A stretch of 64,000 nt of DNA from Tubiluchus corallicola (taxonomy: Eukaryota; Animalia; Priapulida). Every line of letters begins with the position of its first letter. Position 1 is the stretch's first letter. Positions 50,087-59,711 of this stretch are shown in pieces. Position numbers and translations under genes: made by a program. The stretch lies in the NCBI GenBank assembly GCA_030141605.1, contig JAQGDQ010000184.1:1-64000 (forward strand), given 5' to 3'. The notes under the pieces were generated by a model. The model did no database searches. It was not told the DNA's origin and saw only the letters and a list, made by a program, of their open reading frames with translations.

Positions 50087-52414
50087 ATGCTTAAGTACAA
50101 GGCTTTCTTATTGTATTTGTTGTTTGTTTTTCTGTTTTCTACTTCTGTGTTTTCTCAGCCTAATTATACTGTAAGCGGTTACGTGAGGGATGCGGGGGGT
50201 GAGGAGCTTATTGGTGCTACGGTATATGTCCCTTTGTTGAAGAGGGGGGTGATTACTAATGAGTATGGGTTTTATTCTATTATTTTGCCGCAGGGGGAGT
50301 ACTCTATCGTAGTTTCTTATTTGGGTTATGAGTCTGCAACAGAGGATGTGCAGCTTATTAACAATCAAGCTTTGAACTTTAGCTTAGAGCTTCAGGCGAA
50401 ACAGTTGGGTACAATTGAGGTAAAGGGAGAGGCGGTGGATCGTCATATTCGAGAGGTGGATATGAGCACCATTAATCTTAGCATAAAGACTATAGAAAAG
50501 ATTCCTTCCCTGTATGGTGAGCGGGATATTATTAAGGCGGTGCAGTTGTTGCCTGGTGTGGCTTCGGGTGTGGAGGGTACCGGAGGTTTTTATGTGCGGG
50601 GTGGTAATGTAGATCAGAACTTGGTTTTGCTGGATGGTGCAAATGTGTATAATGCTTCGCACCTGTCAGGTTTTATTTCTGTTTTTAATCCTGATATTAT
50701 TAAGAGTTTAAAGTTGTATAAGGGTGGTATTCCTGCGGAGTATGGGGGCAGGCTTGCTTCGGTGCTGGATGTTAGGATGAAAGAGGGGAACAATCAAGAG
50801 TTTAATGGCGAGGCGGGAATAGGTAGTATAACAAGCAGAGTGCTGGTTGAGGCTCCTATTGTGAAAGACAGGAGCTCATTTGTTGTAGCGGGGCGGAGGT
50901 CTTATGCTGATTTATTTTTGAAGCTATCGCCTGATGAGAGCCAGCGGAATTCAACGTTTTATTTCTATGATTTGAATGTGAAGGGGAATTATAAAATAAA
51001 TGATAAGAATAGAATTTTTCTTTCGGGTTATTTTGGGCATGATGCAGTGGGATTTAGTGATGATTTTCTAATGAAGTATGGCAATGTTACCGGGACAATG
51101 AGGTGGAATTGTCTTATTAATGATAGGTTGTTTTTAAACACAAGTTATATATATAGTAATTATAATTATAGTTTGAATTTTTCATTTGATGATAAGAGTG
51201 GTCTTGATTGGAAGTCCAATATTCTTGCCCATAAGCTGAATACTAACCTCACTTATTTTTTGAATGCTAACAATACTGTCAAGTTTGGCTTTGAGTCTTT
51301 GCATCATACGTTTAAGCCTGGTAAGACTAATTATATTACTGAGGGTAATAGTATAGAGTATAGTCTTCCTGATAATTATGGGCTGGAGTCGGGTGTATTT
51401 GTTCAGAACGAGCAGAGTATTAATGAAGCTTTGTCGCTTCAGTATGGTTTAAGGTTGTCCACATTTAGTAACATAGGTCCTGCAGAGTCGTTTGAGTATG
51501 ACAGGAGTGAGCCGAAGGAGTATACAGTAAAGAGTAATATCAGTTACCCTTCAGGTGTTTACAATACTTTTTTTAATGTTGAGCCTCGTTTTAGTTTGAG
51601 GTGTATTTTGGATGAGAACAGTTCTGTTAAGGGGAGTTATAACAGGATGTATCAGTATATTCATTTGGCCTCTAATACTGTAGCGTCTACTCCTCTGGAT
51701 GTGTGGTTTCCGAGTAGTCCCAATGTAGAGCCGCAATGTGTTGATCAAACTGCTTTGGGGTATTTTAGGAATTTTAAGGGTAATACTATAGAGGCTTCAG
51801 TGGAGATGTTTTATAAGGATATGAAGAATGTGGTAGATTTTAGAGACCATGCAGATTTATTTGTAAATGAGCAATTTGAGGGGGAGTTGAGGATAGGAAA
51901 AGGTTGGGCGTATGGGGCTGAGTTTTTTGTAAAGAAGCCAGTGGGGCGACTTACGGGATGGATTAGCTATACTTATTCTAAGAGCTGGAGGGATATTCCT
52001 GAGATTCATGATGATCCTTTTGTGGCTCCTTACGACAGGCCTCATGATTTTTCTGTTGTGACTTTTTATGAGATTTCAGAGAGGGTAAGTGTGTCTGCTA
52101 ACTGGGTGTATGCTACGGGACAGCCTATTAATGTGCCTGCTCACAAGGCTGAATATGGTGGGGTGATTTTGCCTATTTATCCTGATAGCAGGAATACTTA
52201 CAGGTATAAGAATTATCACAGGCTTGATTTGTCGCTTACGATGGGGACGAAGAGAGGTAAAGGTGAGTGGATTTTTTCTATTTATAATGTTTATAACAGG
52301 GATAATACTTTTGCTTTGAGGTTTGATACAGATCCTGTAACAGGTAAAGTGGATGCTTATGGCCAGTATTTATTCCCTATTCTTCCGTCTGTTACTTATA
52401 ATTTTAAGTTTTAA
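50087..52414 (+). CDS. TonB-dependent receptor (non-SusC type)
   Basis: Signal peptide, GEELIGATV, plug LLPGV...VRGGNVDQNLVLLDG, YKGGIPAEYGGRLASVLD and C-terminal YNFKF. Confidence 0.92.
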   Translation: MLKYKAFLLYLLFVFLFSTSVFSQPNYTVSGYVRDAGGEELIGATVYVPLLKRGVITNEYGFYSIILPQGEYSIVVSYLGYESATEDVQLINNQALNFSLELQAKQLGTIEVKGEAVDRHIREVDMSTINLSIKTIEKIPSLYGERDIIKAVQLLPGVASGVEGTGGFYVRGGNVDQNLVLLDGANVYNASHLSGFISVFNPDIIKSLKLYKGGIPAEYGGRLASVLDVRMKEGNNQEFNGEAGIGSITSRVLVEAPIVKDRSSFVVAGRRSYADLFLKLSPDESQRNSTFYFYDLNVKGNYKINDKNRIFLSGYFGHDAVGFSDDFLMKYGNVTGTMRWNCLINDRLFLNTSYIYSNYNYSLNFSFDDKSGLDWKSNILAHKLNTNLTYFLNANNTVKFGFESLHHTFKPGKTNYITEGNSIEYSLPDNYGLESGVFVQNEQSINEALSLQYGLRLSTFSNIGPAESFEYDRSEPKEYTVKSNISYPSGVYNTFFNVEPRFSLRCILDENSSVKGSYNRMYQYIHLASNTVASTPLDVWFPSSPNVEPQCVDQTALGYFRNFKGNTIEASVEMFYKDMKNVVDFRDHADLFVNEQFEGELRIGKGWAYGAEFFVKKPVGRLTGWISYTYSKSWRDIPEIHDDPFVAPYDRPHDFSVVTFYEISERVSVSANWVYATGQPINVPAHKAEYGGVILPIYPDSRNTYRYKNYHRLDLSLTMGTKRGKGEWIFSIYNVYNRDNTFALRFDTDPVTGKVDAYGQYLFPILPSVTYNFKF

Positions 52415-52419
52415 GGGTT

Positions 52420-53274
52420 ATGGTGAAAAGATTAAAAATATTGTTGGTGTTGTCTGTTTTTTTAGTGGCTTGTGAGAAGAAGATAGATAATTTCAATCCG
52501 GGTATAGATATGGAGCCTAAGCTTATAGTGGAGGGATATATAACAACTGACAGAAAGGCTCATACTGTAAGGTTGTCGAATAGTGTAAATTTTTATGAGA
52601 CGGGGTTTCCTGTAAAGGAGACGGAAGCAGAGGTAACAATTGTTAATAGCAAGGGTACTTATGAGCTTACAGAGGTAGAGGCGGGTGTTTATGAGACGGA
52701 TAACACCGTGCGTGGTGAGGCTAATGATTGGCATATGTTGCATATAAAAACCAAGGATGGTGAGGAGTATGAGGCGAGGGCTTTTTTGCAGAACATAGAT
52801 GTGGAAGAGTTGGATTTTAGTGTGAAGTATGAGTTTGTAGATGATCCGGGGAGTGTATTTTTTCACAATAAGTATAAGATATTTATTGCATTTAAAGATC
52901 CTATAGATGAGAATTATTATTCGGTAAAATTATATGCTAATGACGAATTGGTGACCCCGCTTTTAGATCCTGAAAGGGGTGAGGTAGTGTTTGAGGACAA
53001 GTATTTTAACGGGCAGACAGAGGCTAATGACTATTATCTTACGTTTATGATAGATAAGGAGTTTTTGGAGGCTGGGGATTTGATAAGGGTAGAAATGAGG
53101 TCGGTGTCTAAGCCTTTTTTTGATTTTGTTAGTGATGCTAACCTGGAGGTGAATTTTAGCGGGTCGCCGATGTCTGCTTTCCCTTCTAATATATCTACAA
53201 ATGTGAATAATAATGGCTGGGGGGTGTTTTATGCTGCTTCTGATGCTGCATATGTGGAGTTTGTATTGGAGTAG
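52420..53274 (+). CDS. DUF4249-like surface lipoprotein partnered with the receptor
   Basis: Lipobox LVAC, KLIVEGYIT and C-terminal PSNISTNVNNNGWGVF; starts 5 nt after the receptor. Confidence 0.8.
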   Translation: MVKRLKILLVLSVFLVACEKKIDNFNPGIDMEPKLIVEGYITTDRKAHTVRLSNSVNFYETGFPVKETEAEVTIVNSKGTYELTEVEAGVYETDNTVRGEANDWHMLHIKTKDGEEYEARAFLQNIDVEELDFSVKYEFVDDPGSVFFHNKYKIFIAFKDPIDENYYSVKLYANDELVTPLLDPERGEVVFEDKYFNGQTEANDYYLTFMIDKEFLEAGDLIRVEMRSVSKPFFDFVSDANLEVNFSGSPMSAFPSNISTNVNNNGWGVFYAASDAAYVEFVLE

Positions 53275-53702
53275 TAGTTGAGTGTAAAACATGGCAGTTA
53301 TGCATTCTGCGTATATAGCCGCTCCTTAAGAATTAATTTTTATTGATATAAAAACTTACTATCTGTGTATTTTGGTCTGGAGTATAATAAGTCCTTATAG
53401 GTAAAAGATCAAGTTTGTAAGTGTTTTTTTACGTTCTTTTGTCTTGATGCAAAAGAGCCAAAAGATCAAGTCTTTAAGGACACTTCTTCTACTTCGTAGA
53501 GTTTGTAAGGGTCATCTGATTTTGACTTAACGATTTTCTTGTTATAATCTTTGCAGTTCAGGTCACTATATGTTGCTGAGTTTTTAGTTTTATGTCGTTA
53601 ATTTTAAATAAGTTAAACTTGATTAGGGGGAGACCCATATAGGCAGGTGTTTCTTTTATAGCGTATGCTATTTTGTCTGATTGTACCTAAAGTATTTTAA
53701 TA

Positions 53703-55982
53703 TCATTGCTTTACTTTATCTTTTGGATCCAGAAAGCGAGGTTTGAAGATTAGAATAATTGAGGGGACAAGTACAAGTGCTCCAAACAGGCATGAAAATA
53801 TTGATACAACAATAAGAAAGCCAAAGAATCTTATTGGAGTAAAGGCAGAAAACATGCAGATACTAAAGCCTATCATAACTGACAGGGCGTTGAATAGAAT
53901 GCCCCTGCCGGTAGTTGTAATAGTTTGGTGTACTGCGTCTTCGTGAGATAGGCCGCCCAGGCGCTCTTCCCTGAATCTCCAGAGAAAATGTATGGTATAA
54001 TCGACCCCTACACCTATAAGTATAGAGGAGAGCATTGCAGTTGCTATGTCAAGTTTTATCCCCAGGAATCCCATCAGTCCAAAGATTATGGCCATTGCTC
54101 CGCTCAAAGGTGCGGCAGATATTATGCCTGCGTAAAGTGAGCGGAACAGCAGGATCATAAGAAGTAAAACAATACATACGGCAGCAATAAGTGATATGAC
54201 TTGTCCTTTAATTATAAGGGTTGCAAGGTCGGCTTGCTGAACGGCAGTTCCTCCCAGTAACGATACATTGGGATCATTTGCGGTAAGGGATTTTATCTGC
54301 TTTATTATACTATTTATTGACGATGTTGAAGCGTCATGTACCCTTATAATTATCTGGCTGTGTTTGTACTCCTTATCTGCAAATCTTGACAGGTACTTTT
54401 CCCCTCCTACAGATATTTGTCTGTAAATCTGTTTTAGTAGTTTTTCGCTGTCTGGTATTTTGTTATAGTTTACTGATTTTGGTGAAAACCGAGCTTTTGT
54501 AAATCTTTTAACTATTTGGCTTATGGAGTTTACTGTTCCCACTCCATTTATAGCTGAAATGGCGTCGGTGTAAGTGTCAATACGTTTTATCAAATCCGGG
54601 CTGGAGAGATCGCCCTCAACAAGTACAGATACCACTTGAGTGCCGCCAAAGTGAGCAGCTATAAGGTTTGTACTTACCTTGACAGGGTGTTTGTCACTAA
54701 AGAAGTTTTCAACATTTGCGTCTGTTTTTACACGTGTAGTGCCCCAAACTGCCAGAGTTATAATGAGAATGTTCACTGCCAGCACAGTTTTGGGGGTGCT
54801 TGCTATGATATTGCCAAACCAGGAGAGAGTACGCCCGACTCTGTTTTTTTGATAGTATCCCGAATGTATCACCTTTTTTTTGCTAGACAGTAGCGAAAGA
54901 AATGACGGAATAAACGTTATGCTTAGGATAAGTGCAAAAACAATACTTAATGCTGCCAGTACCCCCAGTTGGCGGGCAGGAACAAGGATATGTGCCAGCA
55001 ATCCCAAAATACCTGCAATTGTTGTTATTCCGGTTATTGTAATAGGTAGTATAAGTGCTCTGAGTCCAATAAAAGCAACTGTTTTCCCCGACATATTACT
55101 TCCCTCACTGTTTACCTCTTGGTAGCATGAAATCATGTGTATCCCATAATCGTTAGCAATGGCAATAGATATAACAGGAAGTAAAATAGTGACTACAGAC
55201 ACTTTCCATCCCAGCTCAGGCATAATACCCATACTTAAGACAATGGACATTAATACAACTGAAAATGGCAGCCATATACCCCTTTTTTGCCTGAATAATA
55301 TTTGCAGTACAATAAGCATAATAAGCATTCCCAGGGGTAGTAGAACCATCATGTCCCTGTTTATGTCCTTTTGTATTGCCATTCTTACAAACGGTAATCC
55401 CCCTTTGTGTATAAGTTCACTTCCGGGATTATCCTCAATTATCTGCTCTATACTGGCTGATATTATCTGGTCATCGGCCTCTTTTTTAAATACTGCGGTA
55501 ATACCGACTTTTTTCTTGTCTTCCGAGATAACGATCTTCGATATTTCAGGGTGTTCCGACAGGTGAAGTTTAATAACGTCAATGTCCTTCGGAGAGGCTG
55601 GCGGTACAGGAATAAGTTTTTTGCTTTTCATCAGAGAGCCATGCTTATCCGGATATGATATGTGAAAGGGGGATATTAGTTGAATGCAAATATCCAGGGT
55701 GTCGATAGCTTTGGCTATTGCGTAAACTCTTTTTAGGGTTCCTACTTGGAGTATGTTATCAGATTCAACGACAAGTACTGCAGTTTTGTTACCACCAAAT
55801 ATGGAATCAATTTTGTGATTGGCAATTCGGGTTGGCATATCCGGGGGCAAATAGTTTTCAAATTCGGGTTCAACGCCAATATTGCGTAAGTTGAGTGCAA
55901 AGAGTATTGAAATACCAATTGCGATAAAAATAATTGGCACCCTATACTTCAAAATGCGCCAGGATAGACGGTTGAGATTCAT
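53703..55982 (-). CDS. MMPL/RND-family transporter
   Basis: Two repeats, each with a periplasmic loop and a TM bundle; IAIANDYGIH and IGVGVDYTIH motifs. Confidence 0.9.
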   Translation of the reverse strand: MNLNRLSWRILKYRVPIIFIAIGISILFALNLRNIGVEPEFENYLPPDMPTRIANHKIDSIFGGNKTAVLVVESDNILQVGTLKRVYAIAKAIDTLDICIQLISPFHISYPDKHGSLMKSKKLIPVPPASPKDIDVIKLHLSEHPEISKIVISEDKKKVGITAVFKKEADDQIISASIEQIIEDNPGSELIHKGGLPFVRMAIQKDINRDMMVLLPLGMLIMLIVLQILFRQKRGIWLPFSVVLMSIVLSMGIMPELGWKVSVVTILLPVISIAIANDYGIHMISCYQEVNSEGSNMSGKTVAFIGLRALILPITITGITTIAGILGLLAHILVPARQLGVLAALSIVFALILSITFIPSFLSLLSSKKKVIHSGYYQKNRVGRTLSWFGNIIASTPKTVLAVNILIITLAVWGTTRVKTDANVENFFSDKHPVKVSTNLIAAHFGGTQVVSVLVEGDLSSPDLIKRIDTYTDAISAINGVGTVNSISQIVKRFTKARFSPKSVNYNKIPDSEKLLKQIYRQISVGGEKYLSRFADKEYKHSQIIIRVHDASTSSINSIIKQIKSLTANDPNVSLLGGTAVQQADLATLIIKGQVISLIAAVCIVLLLMILLFRSLYAGIISAAPLSGAMAIIFGLMGFLGIKLDIATAMLSSILIGVGVDYTIHFLWRFREERLGGLSHEDAVHQTITTTGRGILFNALSVMIGFSICMFSAFTPIRFFGFLIVVSIFSCLFGALVLVPSIILIFKPRFLDPKDKVKQ

Positions 55983-56509
55983 ATGTAATATTTGTGCTAT
56001 GAGGCCTCTGCAAAGCTCATCTTTTTATTGGTCTTTTTGTCAAAATCCTCTTTAAAATTCTCATTTATGTCAGTAAACTGCGTTTTTTTATCGAATTTTA
56101 TACCAATCTAAGCCAAATTTTTTTGTCTTGCAAAGTTATCCTAAGTGTATAAAGTTGTTTTTATTTTTTTTAAGAAAACCTGTATACTGCGAGATTGAAA
56201 TGTGGGGTTGGAGATAACTGCATTGACGCTTTTGCAAAATTCATTTTTTATCAAAACCTTCCTATACTTTGGTAAGTTGCAGTTTTTCATCAAATTTCCC
56301 CCTCAGTTTAAGCTAGATTCTTTCGCTTTGCAAAGGGGCCAATATGCAATTTTACCATGGCTTTATTTATTACTCAAAGAATTTGTAACTTGCAATCACT
56401 TTTGTTTACAGATTCGTGTGATATATTATGGATAAGATGTATTATAGATAAAAGGCAGAACTTTTGGCAAGTCAAAGTTGTTTTTGATGTGCTATGAATA
56501 AGATGTGTT

Positions 56510-57337
56510 ATGGATAATATACGGATAAAAGATAGAACTTTTGGCAAATCAAAGCTGTTTCTTATTTCTGGCCCTTGTGTGATTGAGGATGATAGCATAA
56601 TGATGAGTAGTGCTGAGAGTTTGAAAAGGATTGCGGAGCGACTGGATATTCCTTTTATTTTCAAGTCATCTTTTACGAAGGACAATCGCAGCTCAGTAGA
56701 GTATTACCACGGTCCTGGGCAGGATGAGGGTCTAAGGGTGCTTGAGCGGATAAAGAATAGTTTTGATGTACCTGTCCTGTCCGATGTTCACTATGCCGGC
56801 CAGGTAAAGCCTGCTGCTGAGGTGCTGGATGTGATACAAATTCCAGCATATTTGTGCATGCAGACGTCATTGGTTGCGGAAGCGGCAAAGACAGGTAAGG
56901 CTGTAAATATAAAGCATGGGCAGTTTATAGCGCCTGAAAATATGATAAAGCCTGTACAGAAAGTGGAGTATTTTGGGAATAAAAATATCATGCTCACAGA
57001 ACGAGGATACACATTTGGGTACAATGATCTGATAGTTGACCCGCGAAGTTTTTATGAGTTGGGACGTATTGGCTACCCAGTGGTGTTTGATATAACTCAC
57101 AGTATACGCAGATATGGTATTCCCAGTGCAGATCCACGGGGAGGTAGTCGCCAGCATCTTGACACTATTGCCCGGGCGGGGAGTGCTGCAGGTATTGATG
57201 GGCTGTTTATTGAAACACACCCCTACCCTAGTTCCGCAAAATGTGATTCTGCCAGTCAGATCGATATTAAATTGCTGGAGGAGTTTTTAAAGCCATTAAT
57301 AGAGATACATTATATTGAAAAAAGCTACAGAGCTTAA
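56510..57337 (+). CDS. kdsA: 3-deoxy-D-manno-octulosonate 8-phosphate synthase (metal-dependent type) with divergent motifs
   Basis: SGPCVIE, FKSSFTKDNRSS, QIPAYL, TERG, DITHS, FIETHP and KCD motifs. Confidence 0.85.
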   Translation: MDNIRIKDRTFGKSKLFLISGPCVIEDDSIMMSSAESLKRIAERLDIPFIFKSSFTKDNRSSVEYYHGPGQDEGLRVLERIKNSFDVPVLSDVHYAGQVKPAAEVLDVIQIPAYLCMQTSLVAEAAKTGKAVNIKHGQFIAPENMIKPVQKVEYFGNKNIMLTERGYTFGYNDLIVDPRSFYELGRIGYPVVFDITHSIRRYGIPSADPRGGSRQHLDTIARAGSAAGIDGLFIETHPYPSSAKCDSASQIDIKLLEEFLKPLIEIHYIEKSYRA

Positions 57338-57364
57338 AACTTACATTTAAATTGAAATTGAAAT

Positions 57365-58396
57365 ATGGAACTTTACCTGGATTCTGCTAATCTTAATGAG
57401 ATTGAAGAGGCGTTTCAACTGGGGTTTATTGATGGGTTGACAACAACCCCCACCTTTATGCACCGTCATGGTATTACTGATATTGATAATACCATACTAA
57501 AGCTTTCTAAGATGGTACCGGTGTTGCAAATAGAGGCGCTGGGTAGCAGTGCTGAAGAGATTGTTGCTGAGGCTAATCGTCTGCTTGATATGGGGCTGAG
57601 TAAAGAGAAGACAGTCTTTAAGATACCGGCATCGCTTGAGGCAGCCAAAGCGTGCAAGATGCTGCGCAGTGAAGATATTATGGTGAACATTCACCTTGTA
57701 TACAATTTTCAACAGGCGTATACGGCTGCAGCTGCGGGAGCGAACTATATATGTGTTTTGGTGGGGCGCATGCAGGATCAGGGGTACGATGCCCTGCAGT
57801 TGATAAGCGATTGTGTTGGAATGATCGATCACTATGGGTTTGATTGCAAGGTTATGTTTTCTTCTGTGCGTAATCCTGAGCATATTAAAAATGCCCTTCA
57901 TTTGGGTGCGCACACCTGTACTATTCCGTGGAGTATAATAAAACAGATGAATAAAAATGATTTTACGGAAATAGGTACGCAGCAGTTTTTTGCACATACC
58001 CGACAGATGACTATGACAGTAAAAGAGGCGATAGAAAAAAGTAATAATCCTACGGTATCTTTTGATACAACTGTTTTGGAGGCAACTGTAAAGATGACAA
58101 CTTCAGGGCTGGGTATAGTATCTGTTGTTAACGGTAATGGCAGTCTGGCAGGTGTTTTTACTGATGGAGATCTGCGGCGTCACCTGAATAAAAGTGGGAA
58201 AGATGCGCTGTCCAAAACTATGAGAGATATAGCTATTTGCAGCCCTGTGTCTATAGATGCGGATGACATGCTGGGCAGGGCTGTGGATCTTATAAAAGAT
58301 AAGGAGATAGATAATATTATCGTTGTTTCTGGTGGTAAGCCTGTCGGTATTCTTGATATCCAGGATCTGCTTAGGCTCAATGTAATAGAGCAATAA
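57365..58396 (+). CDS. Transaldolase/FSA-fold domain fused to a KdsD/KpsF-type CBS pair
   Basis: Residues 1-215 carry MELYLDSA, GLTTTP, VFKIP (Schiff-base Lys86), VGR, SSVR and TIP. Residues about 216-343 form a CBS pair with GVFTDGDLRR and GILDIQDLL. Confidence 0.85.
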   Translation: MELYLDSANLNEIEEAFQLGFIDGLTTTPTFMHRHGITDIDNTILKLSKMVPVLQIEALGSSAEEIVAEANRLLDMGLSKEKTVFKIPASLEAAKACKMLRSEDIMVNIHLVYNFQQAYTAAAAGANYICVLVGRMQDQGYDALQLISDCVGMIDHYGFDCKVMFSSVRNPEHIKNALHLGAHTCTIPWSIIKQMNKNDFTEIGTQQFFAHTRQMTMTVKEAIEKSNNPTVSFDTTVLEATVKMTTSGLGIVSVVNGNGSLAGVFTDGDLRRHLNKSGKDALSKTMRDIAICSPVSIDADDMLGRAVDLIKDKEIDNIIVVSGGKPVGILDIQDLLRLNVIEQ

Positions 58397-58415
58397 CATT
58401 TAAATATTTTAGGAT

Positions 58416-59612
58416 ATGCCTGGAACAGAGCTATTTGGAAAAGAGGAGCGTCAAGAGGTTATGGATGTACTGGATACTGGCGTTCTTTTTCGGTACAATT
58501 TTGACAAGGAGAGGAGAGGTATATGGAAGGCCAAAACCTTTGAGAGAGAGTTTGCCGAGTATCACAAGGTGAAGTATTGCCATATGACAAGTAGTGGTAC
58601 CACTGCAGATAATCTGGCTCTGGCTGCTGCCGGAGTCGGAGCCGGTCATGAGGTGATTGTTCCTCCTTTTACCTTTATTGCCCCTGTGGAAGCTGTTATA
58701 AATTGTGGTGCGATACCGGTATTTGCGGAGATTGACGAAACGTTATGTCTGTCGCCCGAAGGTATTGAGAAGGTAATTACTCCTGCTACTAAAGCGGTTA
58801 TGTTGGTACATATGTGCGGGGCTATGGCAAAGCTGGATGAGATAGTTGCAATATGCAAAAAGCATGATCTTGTGCTTATAGAGGATACTGCACAGGCGCT
58901 GGGGGGCTCGTACAAAGGGAAAATGCTGGGTACATTTGGAAAGACAGCCTGTTTTTCATTTGATTTTTTTAAGTTAATCACCGCTGGAGAGGGAGGTGCA
59001 GTTATCACCAATGAGGATAATTGCTATGAGCTTGCTCATACCTATTCTGACCACGGGCATAATCATCAGGGAAGTAATCGCGGCGCGGAAAGCCATCCGG
59101 TGCTGGGTACAAATTTTCGTATTAGTGAGCTACATGCGGCTGTTGGACTGGCACAGTTTCGTAAAATAGATTTTATATTGGAAAGGCAGCGTGCCAATAA
59201 GAGAGTACTGAAAGAGTACATAAAAAAATTTCCACAGGTAACGTTTCGCGAGATACCTGATGAAGATGGCGATTCAGCCACCTTCTTAAATATCTTTTTA
59301 CCAACTTCCGGGGAGGCAGAAAGTGTTGCTGCTCGAATGGACAAAGAGGGTATCCCGTCAGCTTATTGGTTCAATAATAATTATCACTACTTTAAGAATT
59401 GGGAGCACCTAAAGGGGATGAAGAGTGCTGCTCCTTTAGCGCTGAAGTTTTTCGATCTACCACAGGACTACAAGAGTATTAAGTTTCCAAAGTCTGATAG
59501 TATAGTAGGAAGGCTGGTGTCAATTTTGATTAAAATTAATTGGACAGATAGAGAGTTGAAAGAGCTTTGTGCAAAGTTTGATAAAATATTTGGGGTAGTA
59601 GCGGTACAGTAG
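58416..59612 (+). CDS. kdnA: 8-amino-3,8-dideoxy-D-manno-octulosonate transaminase (DegT family)
   Basis: MPGTELFG...FRYNFD, IDETLCLSP, SFDFFKLITAGEGG and SDHGH...RGAESHP match Shewanella KdnA as I recall it; operon context agrees. Confidence 0.85.
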   Translation: MPGTELFGKEERQEVMDVLDTGVLFRYNFDKERRGIWKAKTFEREFAEYHKVKYCHMTSSGTTADNLALAAAGVGAGHEVIVPPFTFIAPVEAVINCGAIPVFAEIDETLCLSPEGIEKVITPATKAVMLVHMCGAMAKLDEIVAICKKHDLVLIEDTAQALGGSYKGKMLGTFGKTACFSFDFFKLITAGEGGAVITNEDNCYELAHTYSDHGHNHQGSNRGAESHPVLGTNFRISELHAAVGLAQFRKIDFILERQRANKRVLKEYIKKFPQVTFREIPDEDGDSATFLNIFLPTSGEAESVAARMDKEGIPSAYWFNNNYHYFKNWEHLKGMKSAAPLALKFFDLPQDYKSIKFPKSDSIVGRLVSILIKINWTDRELKELCAKFDKIFGVVAVQ

Positions 59613-59711
59613 GGTTGTGTGGAGTGTGATCGTTAATAAGTTTTGTAAGAGCTCTAGGGAGACAGGAGTATTTTTGGGCAGGCGTAACATTTTTAATACA
59701 AGTATTAAGAG

